This document shows positions 48,501-60,047 of a DNA stretch of 64,000 nt, one piece after another. How positions within the stretch are numbered: the first letter of the stretch is position 1; the number at the start of each line of letters is the position of its first letter. This stretch comes from Macrostomum lignano (Eukaryota). The stretch is from the NCBI GenBank assembly GCA_002269645.1, contig NIVC01003350.1, positions 1-64,000 on the forward strand, given 5' to 3'. Made by a program: the position numbers and the translations under genes. The notes beneath the pieces were generated by a model. The model saw nothing but the letters and a program-made list of their open reading frames with translations. It searched no databases and was not told the origin of the DNA.

Positions 48501-51500
48501 GGCTGGAACTGGCACTAGATGGGCCGGAACTGGCACTAGATGGGCTGGAACTGGCACTAGATGGGGCGGAACTGGCACTAGATGGGCTGGAACTGGCACT
48601 AGATGGGCTGGAACTGGCACTAGATCGGCTAGAACTGGCACTAGATGGGCTGGAACTGGCACTAGATGGGCTGGAACTGGCACTAGATGGGCCGGAACTG
48701 GCACTAGATGGGCTGGAACTGGCACTAGATGGGCTGGAACTGGCACTAGATGGGCTGGAACTGGCACTAGATGGGCTGGAACTGGCACTAGATGGGCCGG
48801 AACTGGCACTAGATGGGCTGGAACTGGCACTAGATGGGGCGGAACTGGCACTAGATGGGCTGGAACTGGCACTAGATGGGCTGGAACTGGCACTCGATCG
48901 GCTGGAACTGGCACTAGATGGGCTGGAACTGGCACTAGATGGGCTGGAACTGGCACTAGATGGGCTGAAACTGGCACTAGATGGGGCAGAACTGGCACTA
49001 GATGTGGCGGAACTGGCACTAGATGGGCTGGAACTGGCACTAGATGGGCTGGAACTGGCACTAGATGGGGCGGAACTGGCACTAGATGGGCTGGAACTGG
49101 CACTAGATGGGCTGGAACTGGCACTAGATCGGCTGGAACTGGCACTAGATGGGCTGGAACTGGCACTAGATCGGCTGGAACTGGCACTAGATGGGCTGAA
49201 ACTGGCACTAGATGGGGCAGAACTGGCACTAGATGTGGCGGAACTGGCACTAGATGGGCTGGAACTGGCACTAGATGGGCTGGAACTGGCACTAGATGGG
49301 CTGAAACTGGCACTAGATGGGGCGGAACTGGCACTAGATGGGCTGGAACTGGAACTATATGTGGCGGAACTGGCACTAGATCGGCTGGAACTGGCACTAG
49401 ATGGGCCGGAACTGGCACTAGATGGGCTGGAACTGGCACTATATGTGGCGGAACTGGCACTAGATGGGCTGAAACTGGCACTAGATGGGGCGGAACTGGC
49501 ACTAGATGGGCTGGAACTGGCACTAGATGGGCTGAAACTGGCACTAGATGGGGCGGAACTGGCACTAGATGGGCTGGAACTGGAACTATATGTGGCGGAA
49601 CTGGCACTAGATCGGCTGGAACTGGCACTAGATGGGCTGGAACTGGCACTAGATGGGCTGGAACTGGCACTATATGTGGCGGAACTGGCACTAGATGGGG
49701 CGGAACTGGCACTAGATGGGCTGGAACTGGCACTAGATGGGCTGGAACTGGCACTAGATGGGCCGGAACTGGCACTAGATGGGCTGGAACTGGCACTAGA
49801 TGGGCTGGAACTGGCACTAGATGGGCTGGAACTGGCACTAGATGGGCTGGAACTGGCACTAGATGGGCCGGAACTGGCACTAGATGGGCTGGAACTGGCA
49901 CTAGATGGGGCGGAACTGGCACTAGATGGGCTGGAACTGGCACTAGATGGGCTGGAACTGGCACTAGATCGGCTGGAACTGGCACTAGATGGGCTGGAAC
50001 TGGCACTAGATGGGCTGGAACTGGCACTAGATGGGCTGAAACTGGCACTAGATGGGGCAGAACTGGCACTAGATGTGGCGGAACTGGCACTAGATGGGCT
50101 GGAACTGGCACTAGATGGGCTGGAACTGGCACTAGATGGGGCGGAACTGGCACTAGATGGGCTGGAACTGGCACTAGATGGGCTGGAACTGGCACTAGAT
50201 CGGCTGGAACTGGCACTAGATGGGCTGGAACTGGCACTAGATCGGCTGGAACTGGCACTAGATGGGCTGAAACTGGCACTAGATGGGGCAGAACTGGCAC
50301 TAGATGTGGCGGAACTGGCACTAGATGGGCTGGAACTGGCACTAGATGGGCTGGAACTGGCACTAGATGGGCTGAAACTGGCACTAGATGGGGCGGAACT
50401 GGCACTAGATGGGCTGGAACTGGAACTATATGTGGCGGAACTGGCACTAGATCGGCTGGAACTGGCACTAGATGGGCTGGAACTGGCACTAGATGGGCTG
50501 GAACTGGCACTATATGTGGCGGAACTGGCACTAGATGGGCTGAAACTGGCACTAGATGGGGCGGAACTGGCACTAGATGGGCTGGAACTGGAACTATATG
50601 TGGCGGAACTGGCACTAGATCGGCTGGAACTGGCACTAGATGGGCTGGAACTGGCACTAGATGGGCTGGAACTGGCACTATATGTGGCGGAACTGGCACT
50701 AGATCGGCTGGAACTGGCACTAGATGGGCTGGAACTGGCACTAGATCGGCTGGAACTGGCACTAGATGGGCTGGAACTGGCACTAGATGGGACGGAACTG
50801 GCACTAGAGGAGGCGGAACTGGCACTAGATGTGGCGGAACTGCACTAGATGGGGCGGAACTGGCACTAGATGTGGCGGAACTGCACTAGATGGGGCGGAA
50901 CTGGCACTAGATGGGGCGGAACTGGCACTAGATGGGCTGGAACTGGCACTAGATGGGCTGGAACTGGCACTAGATGGGCTGGAACTGGCACTAGATGGGC
51001 TGGAACTGGCACTAGATGGGACGGAACTGGCACTAGATGTGGCGGAACTGGCACTAGATGTGGCGGAACTGCACTAGATGGGGCGGAACTGGCACTAGAT
51101 GTGGCGGAACTGGCACTAGATGGGCTGGAACTGGCACTAGATGGGCTGGAACTGGCACTAGATGGGGCGGTATTGGCCTGGAAATGCTTGTCATCATTCA
51201 AATAGCACATCAAAGGAGGAATAAAAATCTGCGTAAAAACCTTTTTTGAATCGCCGGTAATGAGTGGAAACAGCAGATCCTCTTCTGACACCGTTTTAAG
51301 AAACCTGCGAATGGGGAAAGTTTCTCGAGTAGGATCGGAGGCATTGAGATTTGACTTACTGGTAAAGGGTGAGATTTTACGAAATGGATGATGAGATTTG
51401 ACTTTGTCAGATTCGATCTACAAATAAAGAGTGAGATTTGATCTACCAATGGAGGGTGAGACTTGACCTAATGGAAGATGAGACTTGATTTTCAGATGCA

Positions 51501-54500
51501 GGTGAGATTTAACTACAGAAGATGAGATTCGCTTTCCAACAACAGCAGAGACTCGCACTTACCAGCCCTGAACAAAGGCGGAGCGGCACAGAACCCGCCT
51601 GCCGAGGTCTCGCCTGCCCAGCCGCTTGGCAAACTGTAGCGGACTGAACTCGCCCTGCGCCAGGCGCGGGTGATTGGCGGCGATGGTCTGCAGCCGCTGC
51701 CGGTCGTTGTAGGGCGTCTGGTCCTCCGTGAGCTGCCGGCCCGGGGCCTGACCGCCACGGCACAGGACCGCTCTGCGTGGCGAAGGGGAATTGTGAACTA
51801 TTTTCTCCCAGTTAATCCCACATTTATCCCTTAGCTAATCCCACATTTATCCCTTAGCTAATCCCACATTTATCCCTTAGCTAATCCCACATTTATCCCT
51901 TAGCTAATCCCCTAATTATCCCTTAGCTAATCCCACATTTATCCCTTAGCTAATCCCACATTTATCCCTTAGCTAATCCCACATTTATCCCTTAGCTAAT
52001 CCCACATTTATCCCTTAGCTAATCCCCTAATTATCCCTTAGCTAATCCCACATTTATCCCTTAGCTAATCCCACATTTATCCCTTAGCTAATCCCACATT
52101 TATCCCTTAGCTAATCCCACATTTATCCCTTAGCTAATCCCACATTTATCCCTTAACTAATCCCACATTTATCCCTTAGCTAATCCTACATTATTCCTTA
52201 GATAATCCCACATTTATCCCTTAGCTAATCCCACATTTATCCCTTAACTAATCCCACATTTATCCCTTAGCTAATCCCACATTTATCCCTTAGCTAATCC
52301 CACATTTATCCCTTAGCTAATCCCACATTTATCCCTTAGCTAATCCCACATTTATCCCTTAGCTAATCCCACATTTATCCCTTAGCTAATCCCACATTTA
52401 TCCCTTAGCTAATCCCACATTTATCCCTTAGCTAATCCCACATTTATCCCTTAACTAATCCCACATTTATCCCTTAGCTAATCCTACATTATTCCTTAGA
52501 TAATCCCACATTTATCCCTTAGCTAATCCTACATTATTCCTTAGATAATCCCACATTTATCCCTTAGCTAGTCCCACATTTATCCCTAAGCTAATCCCCT
52601 AATTATCCCTTAGGTAATCCCACATTATCCGTTAGCTAGTCCCACATTTATCCCTTAGCTAATCCCCAAATTATTCCCCAGCTAATCCCACATTTATCCC
52701 ATAGCAGGTATAATAGTCACCTGCTGTCCCCAGCGGAGGCAACGTAGGCCCTGCCAAGCAGGAACACGGTGACGAGGGCGGTGCAGCCGCCTTTGATTTT
52801 GTGGGCAACGCGATTTTTACCGATTTCTTGGTCCTGCAAGTTTGGAAAAAGCACAGCTTGCAGCTGCAATAAGCCATTGGGCCAAGTTAAAAGTACTTTT
52901 TGATCATGCTCAGTGCTCACCATGGTGATGAAAGCGTTCTCCAAGGCTCCAGTAACTAAGTCGTCAACTCCAATGCTCGAATTCTCTGCTTTTGCTGTGG
53001 TCGAATTCGAACCAGACAGGGCGCTCAGCAGGAAAGGGTGCATCTGCTGAAGGCGGTCCTGAGGGGCCAGATGAGAGAAGGGATGACAGAATGATTCTGG
53101 ATCCATCTGAGTGATTCTGAATCCATCTGAGTGATTCTGGATCCATCTGAGTGATTCTGAATCCATCTGAGTGATTCTGGATCCATCTGAGTGATTCTGG
53201 ATCCATCTGAGTGATTCTGGATCCATCTGAGTGATTCTGAATCCATCTGAGTGATTCTGGATCCATCTGAGTGATTCTGAATCCATCTGAGTGATTCTGG
53301 ATCCATCTGAGTGATTCTGAATCCATCTGAGTGATTCTGGATCCATCTGAGTGATTCTGAATCCATCTGAGTGATTCTGGATCCATCTGAGTGATTCTGA
53401 ATCCATCTGAATGATTCTGGATCCATCTGAATGATTCTGGATCCATCTGAATGATTCTGAATCCATCTGAGTGATTCTGAATCCATCTGAGTGATTCTGG
53501 ATCCATCTGAGTGATTCTGAATCCATCTGAATGATTCTGGATCCATCTGAATGATTCTGGATCCATCTGAATGATTCTGAATCCATCTGAATGATTCTGA
53601 ATCCATCTGAGTGATTCTGGATCCATCTGAGTGATTCTGAATCCATCTGAATGATTCTGGATCCATCTGAATGATTCTGGATCCATCTGAATGATTCTGG
53701 ATCCATCTGAGTGATTCTGAATCCATCTGAATGATTCTGGATCCATCTGAATGATTCTGGATCCATCTGAGTGATTCTGAATCCATCTGAGTGATTCTGC
53801 CTCCATCTGAATGATTCTGCCTCCATCTGAATGATTCTGCCTCCATCTGAATGATTCTGCCTCCATCTGAATGATTCTGCCTCCATCTGAATGATTCTGC
53901 CTCCATCTGAATGATTCTGCCTCCATCTGAATGATTCTGCCTCCATCTGAATGATTCTGCCTCCATCTGAATGATTCTGCCTCCATCTGAATGATTCTGC
54001 CTCCATCTGAATGATTCTGCCTCCATCTGAATGATTCTGCCTCCATCTGAATGATTCTGCCTCCATCTGAATGATTCTGCCTCCATCTGAATGATTCTGC
54101 CTCCATCTGAATGATTCTGCCTCCATCTGAATGATTCTGCCTCCATCTGAATGATTCTGCCTCCATCTGAATGATTCTGCCTCCATCTGAATGATTCTGC
54201 CTCCATCTGAATGATTCTGCCTCCATCTGAATGATTCTGCCTCCATCTGAATGATTCTGAATCCATCTGAATGATTCTGCCTCCATCTGAATGATTCTGC
54301 CTCCATCTGAATGATTCTGCCTCCATCTGAATGATTCTGCCTCCATCTGAATGATTCTGCCTCCATCTGAATGATTCTGCCTCCATCTGAATGATTCTGC
54401 CTCCATCTGAATGATTCTGAATCCATCTGAATGATTCTGCCTCCATCTGAATGATTCTGCCTCCATCTGAGTGATTCTGAATCCATCTGAATGATTCTGC

Positions 54501-55955
54501 CTCCATCTGAGTGATTCTGAATCCATCTGAATCGCGAGAACGCAGTCTCAGATCGCAGTGCACTCACCCTGATGTGCAGGTGCAGCCTGTGCCTGGCATA
54601 GGTGGAAGCGCCGTCCCCGGCGTGGCCATCGAACAGGGCAAAGTAGGTAACTAAGGTGCTTCCAACGGGTCTGGCCGCTTCAGCCTAAGGTAAACGGTGG
54701 GAGTAACTAATGCTGAATTATAATAAACAAACACCTCGTCACCTAATTAGTAGTCAGTGAAGCATACGCGCACTCACTGCTCGACAGTCCTCAAAAGTGC
54801 AAATAAAATTCGAGTACATGATCGCATCGGGCCGGGGCTCCTGGCCGCCTGCTGCCGGGCTGTTTGGAGGCGACAGCCAGAACTGGCAGGCCTGCGCCTG
54901 GTCCTCGTTGCGCTGGCTCTTGCCGCCATTGATGGTCCTTTGGTTGAGGCAGGTGATCAATTGATGTGAGCAGGAATGCTCAGGTGGGGTTCTCAAAATG
55001 GGGGAATTTCTCACTTTATTCTCAAAATGGGGGAATTTCTTACCTTTTTCTCAAAAATGGGGGAATTTCTCACTTTATTCTCAAAATGGGGGGAATTGCT
55101 CACTTTATTCTCAAAATGGGGGGAATTGCTCACTTTATTCTCAAAATGGGGGGAATTGCTCACTTTATTCTCAAAATGGGGGAATTTCTCACCTTTTTCT
55201 CAAAAATGGGGGAATTTCTCACTTTATTCTCAAAATGGGGGGAATTGCTCACTTTATTCTTAAAATGGGGGAATTTCTTACTTTATTATTAAAATTGGGG
55301 AATTTCTCACTTTATTCTTAAAATGGGGGAATTTCTTACTTTATTATTAAAATTGGGGAATTTCTCACTTTATTCTTAAAATGGGGGAATTCTTACTTTA
55401 TTATTAAAATTGGGGAATTTCTGACTTTATTCTAAAAATGGGGGAATTTCTTACTTTATTATTAAAATTGGGGAATTGCTAACTAAATAAGTTTCCAAGC
55501 GGAGGGCCACTTCTGTAAATCAGATTTCATTAGAAATATCAATAATTTGATAATTGTTAGAATTTTTGGAAAATCAAGACTTCAATCAATTGTCAATTTT
55601 GAGCAGCAATCGGTAAACACGGCATCTGCAGACTTCTGATTGCTTCTGTGGGTCAGAGAGGCTCAACCCTAGGATTAGGCTAGGGTGACAACAACCCCTG
55701 CCTCCAGACTCACTCGGCATATCCGGACATGCCCGGCAGCGGGCACTTGTCTCCGGCCACCAGAATCGGCCGACTAACATTATAGCCGGCCAGCCCAGTC
55801 ACCTCGTCCGGCTCCAGGGACAGGCTGAGGAAGTCCGGCCGACTGTAGGCGTACCGAGGACCCGAGGCTGAGGACCCAGCCTCCGCTGCCTCATCCTCCG
55901 ACCGGTCCAGCTCGGCCAGCCCGGAGCGGATGGCGCCGGACAGTCGCCTGAGCAT
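44808..55955 (-). CDS. PPM1H: PPM1H/J/M-family (PP2C) Ser/Thr phosphatase, about 521 aa
   Basis: Phase-consistent exons 55955-55714, 54937-54778, 54684-54568, 53058-52921, 52833-52721, 51772-51563, 51304-51241, 47328-47087, 45087-44808. Motifs YSRPDFL, GYAE|[69 protein letters not shown]. Confidence 0.93.
45391..45700. repeat. (GATA)n microsatellite, split by the mariner; continues at 46983-47072
   Basis: Long GATA/GATG run on both sides of the element. Confidence 0.95.
45705..46982 (+). mobile_element. Mariner (DD34D) transposon, full length (1278 bp), with one frameshift
   Basis: TIRs TTAGGGTGA(T/G)CCAAAAGTTTCC(A/G)GAATTT with TA TSD. Transposase from ATG 45886 to TAA 46910 with [30 protein letters not shown] (34 residues between D2 and D3); frameshift at about 46396. 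Confidence 0.95.
47875..51172. repeat. 21-bp satellite (GGAACTGGCACTAGATGGGCT)n, about 155 copies, in PPM1H intron 7
   Basis: Unit length divisible by 3 produces the 600-1000 aa repetitive ORFs. A higher-order duplication with 1071-bp period is present. Confidence 0.97.
51820..52705. repeat. 23-bp minisatellite (AATCCCACATTTATCCCTTAGCT)n filling PPM1H intron 5
   Basis: Spans almost all of 52720-51773. Confidence 0.96.
53085..54530. repeat. 20-bp satellite (RTGATTCTG-GA/AA/CC-TCCATCTGA)n filling PPM1H intron 3
   Basis: Spans almost all of 54567-53059, with two variant zones. Confidence 0.97.
54990..55475. repeat. About 30-bp minisatellite (AAAATGGGGGAATTTCTCACTTTATTCTC)n in PPM1H intron 1
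   Basis: Tandem copies are visible. Confidence 0.93.
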
Positions 55956-56552
55956 AGTTGGAGTTGCAGATGGGAAAGCGATAAGGCTGAGTCCAGATTA
56001 GCTAATTAGGCGCTAATTATCATGAACTCGCGCGCTCTCTCGGTGCATGCATTAGAAAGCGAAAAACAGGCGTGTAAAACAAGTTGAAATCTGGGTTTCA
56101 GATAATTATTAAACAACCCAAGTTGCGCAACTTTAACTTGTTACCTTTGAACAAGAAAATCATTAAAGACTAATTGTTCAAATGTGATGATAATGATTAG
56201 AAACTGACAAGGTGCCTGCAGAGATTTGACCGCAATGCTTTTTTTCTGCATTGCCTCTCCCCAATGCTTAGTAAGTCTTTTTTGCTTTTTTCCTACAGCG
56301 CATTTGATAGCTGGAATCTGTCTGCATTGCCCCCCCCCAAAATATGCATTTGATATGCAGTTACTATCAAAACGTTTGATTGGGTAAATCTCTTTATTAA
56401 TAAGACTTACTAAGCATTGGGGAGGCAATGCAGAAAGACTTTGCCACGTGGCAAAATGCACTGTATAGGAAAAAAGCGTTGCGGGCAAATCTTAGCAGGA
56501 AAATCACAATGGGAAAATCTCCTGCGGGCAATTTGTCTGCAGGCATTTCTCG

Positions 56553-56697
56553 TGCTCCCCTGTGTGTGCTTGTGTACACAACTGCATAAGTATCTATGTA
56601 CTTATGTGCCTGCTCTGGGGAGTTAGCAGGATAGGTAGCAATGCCTCTTGCTGGTTTTGTGACAATGTTACTTAAAGTACACCAGGGTGAACACCAC
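56553..56697 (+). mobile_element. SINE family A copy 3 (3' body only), CpG-depleted
   Basis: Collinear with 28060-28195 and with the reverse complement of 7335-7480; all CpGs are lost. Confidence 0.8.
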
Positions 56698-57409
56698 ATT
56701 GCAGACCATGCCGCATGTACAATATGCCAGAAAGAAAAAGCATTGTATTAGAGTGTACACCAAGTCACAAAATAAAACAAGCATATATGCATATGCATAC
56801 TCAATAAACAAATTAAATAACACTAAAAATCATTTTATTTATGAAATAAATTAAAGCATCAAATTATTTGAGAAGAATAAATTACAAAATATATCATAAT
56901 GTATCATTCCTATTTATATTCTTTTAACCAATTTTAAGAAACTTTAATTCTTTCTTAATTATTGAATATGTATATATATATAATATATATATATTACTGT
57001 TTTGATGGCTTACATTGAATAAAAATTTCATATTTATTTGCATAACAAAATATGCACAACTTTTTTATAAAGCTTGTATATGCCAAAAACAGCTTAATAG
57101 ATTGGCTGCTACCATTGCACAGAAGCAAATGAATCATGGTCTGGTCTAATTCCTGCACAATAATGCCTTATCCCCAAACTACCAAGGTGACTTACAAAAA
57201 GTTACTGGACCTTGGCTGGAAACTAATGCCTCATCCATTGTATTCCCACAACCTAGTGCATAATGACTAACTACCATTGTTCTTGGTAGTTGTTTCCTAA
57301 TTTCCTAAAATGTTTTTTTCTATAGAACTAATATTGTATATACTAACTATATTGTATATAGTTGTATAATCTATACCTATAATATGAGTTGACTTTACTT
57401 ATACTCCAG

Positions 57410-58420
57410 AATGGCAGACTCAAGGCAATACCAAGTTTCAAAATGACAGAGAATTTCAACAGCCTATAGGTTTGAGGAACATGCCCAAATGACATACATT
57501 ACTATTCTTTAAAGATGATAAGACCTATTCCAAGCTAAGTGCCAACTCAATGCTATTACTAAGAGCTTTACAAGATAGACCTGCAACAACTCAAACTAAA
57601 AATGGCCATATAGTTAACAAATGGACTAACTGGCTATGTTGTCCTTTCTTCAATGAGCACATTGCTCTTAAGTACTAGTCAATCTTCTAGCATTGCTAGT
57701 GCATCTAGTGTGACCTTTTCAAGCCAGGTCACAGGTGGTACAAGTCATCTTCCTGATAATCAATCAGATTCTTATGAGGACATGCAGCTAGCAGCTTAAG
57801 ATTCTTTGAAGAATGAGACTGACACTTATTATAGTAGAAGATAGAGAAGAAGTGATGATGATGACCCATTCTCTATCAATATAAGTATGACTTCAAATAT
57901 GACCAGTGATTAGAATGATCAAGTGTCTAAACTAAAAATGTTGAACAAAAATGTTGCAAAATTGCTTGGGTGGCAATCAGTTATTCAGAAGCTGAGAAAG
58001 TTGCAAAAGGCTTAGAAAAATGGTCAACATAATGGTAATAGTGTTCCTCTCAATGATATTGCTATTGGAAGTAAGTGTGAGAATTTGGAACCCATGCTTT
58101 TCAATGGAATTGACTTAAGTCAAATTGGTCATACCAACTCATCTTATTCTGAGTTTGGGATTTTACTAGCAAGGCACCTATGGTTAGATGATGAGCTGAA
58201 GGCTTGTTGAGTAAGAGGTAAAAGGCAATCTGATTGTGCTCATTATGTGTATCTCTTACTTGAGGGAATCTATTCTTCTAAGCTATAAATAGCTACTTTT
58301 GTTCTGACCTAGTTGCTGCAGAAGTTGCTAGAGATATTGCCAACTAACTTGGCAATGACCTAAAGAGAATAATCTAAGAATAGAAGTCAAAGCATACATG
58401 CACAACTGCTAGCTGATCTG
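57410..58420 (+). pseudogene. Decayed coding sequence with a BEN-domain-like C-terminus
   Basis: One frame runs from about 57653 to 58250 with isolated stops: Ser-rich linker, coiled-coil-like KLKMLNKNVAKLL, then FNGIDLSQI..SYSEFGILLARHLWLDDELKA. The family call is by eye. Confidence 0.35.
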
Positions 58421-59260
58421 GCTAATCTGGCCATTGTAACTTATAGTAGACCACTAGAGATAAGTTGGGAAAATGCCCACGTGAAAAAATATAGGTGATT
58501 ACTAATTAGATGACAAGGTATTGAGCCTTAATAATAGTTATTCCTACTATTTACCTAAAATTTGTTAATTTTTGTTTTAGGGTTTCTTTCATAGGTAAGT
58601 TGTAGTTTTAGTCAAAATGTAAGTTGGATAGCCATTATAAATCAATGGGTTTATGCATGTATGATTATCTGTGTTATTTTTGCTCACTTAATAATTCAAA
58701 AAATAATAGTAGGGAAACCAATTGTAACAAGATTATAGAAAAAAGAAAATTATTAGTTTATACTAGCACATTAATCCCCTATAGGGGCATTCAAATTCAA
58801 AATTCAAATATTGAAAGTATGGAAAATTTGCTTTTTGACCCAAACTATTTTATCTATTTCCAAATTGATTTCTTTCTTATTTGAAATTTTATATATATTT
58901 AGCAACATTGATTGAAAAGTCACCATTCTATGTACCTCTGAGCAATTTCTCTTGGATTATTCTAAATAAAGATATGAGAAAACTGATCACTGATTAGTAG
59001 CTTTAATCCATCTAATAAAACCCTCGCACACTGCACCCACCCCCCCCCTACTTCATTCTTCAACTCAAGCATCAAGCCTGCCATGGCATAGCAAGTTGTC
59101 ACTCACAAAAAAAGAGACTTCATCTGCACTTTTAAAAGAGGTGACCATAGATGGAATCTTCTATAGGCCTAATGGTTTCTATTCCTATCAAAAAAGTTTG
59201 CTTGCATTATAAATTGCAACTTAGGCCCTATTAAAAAAACACAAAAACCATCAGTTATTA

Positions 59261-60047
59261 CGGTTCCTGGACACTTCGTCATCTTACCACTTCGTCATCT
59301 ACGATACTATTGTGAACACATCGTCATCTACTTCCTGGACACTTCGTCATCCACTTTGTCTAAAAAACTTATTGAATAGCTATATGTAACTTCGTCAGCT
59401 AAGTTGTATCGAGTAGTCATAAATATAGGTGGCTACACTGAGGATTAACTAACTGATTAACTAACTGATAATTAATGAGGATTAACTATGACGGGGGAAG
59501 AGCTGGAGAAGAGAAGAGATCGCGATCGCGATCAGTACAAAATTGAATTCTACTCGCGGTTTAAATCATACAATATCTTGGAATGATACAGTAAAACAAA
59601 AATAACAATAAATTGGAAATATGCATACCTGAATAGCAAAATTAAATGCAACTTAAAAAAAACATATTAATAAAAACACAAAAACACACTATTCATAAAC
59701 ATATTTAAATCTACATCGTTACAACTCCACACATGTTTGTGGAAGCGAAGCTATAATAAAATTACAATGAACACTTGTACTCATACAGCGTGCATTTAGA
59801 TGCCAATTATAGCGAGAAGTTGAATCCCTAAACGTGTATTTAATCCTATATTTTACAGACTATTGATCGAATCAAATAACAATTTTACAGCTTTGCAAAA
59901 TCTTGGGATGACGAAGTGTCCTCAAAATTTGGTCACTTCGTCATCTAGATTTCTAACAATTTTTTTGTATGACGAAGCGTCCAAAAACCATGGTCACTTT
60001 GTCATCTGGATGACGAACTGGTAAGATGACGAAGTGTCCAGGACCCG
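59261..60047. mobile_element. MITE with about 39-bp TIRs and TTA target duplication (PIF/Harbinger-like)
   Basis: CGGTTCCTGGACACTTCGTCATCTTACCACTTCGTCATC versus GATGACGAACTGGTAAGATGACGAAGTGTCCAGGACCCG; TTA directly flanks both ends; subterminal TTCGTCATC/GATGACGAA repeats; no ORF. Confidence 0.85.

Noticed and set aside
47650-51291. 1079-, 1034- and 614-aa ORFs ([21 protein letters not shown] repeats)
   Set aside because: They are by-products of a 21-bp satellite lying in PPM1H intron 7, with no evidence of coding function.
52717-54567. 500-600-aa minus-strand ORFs (QNHSDG repeats)
   Set aside because: They come from a 20-bp intronic satellite without stops on that strand. Only the 3' end of the 616-aa ORF overlaps real PPM1H exons.
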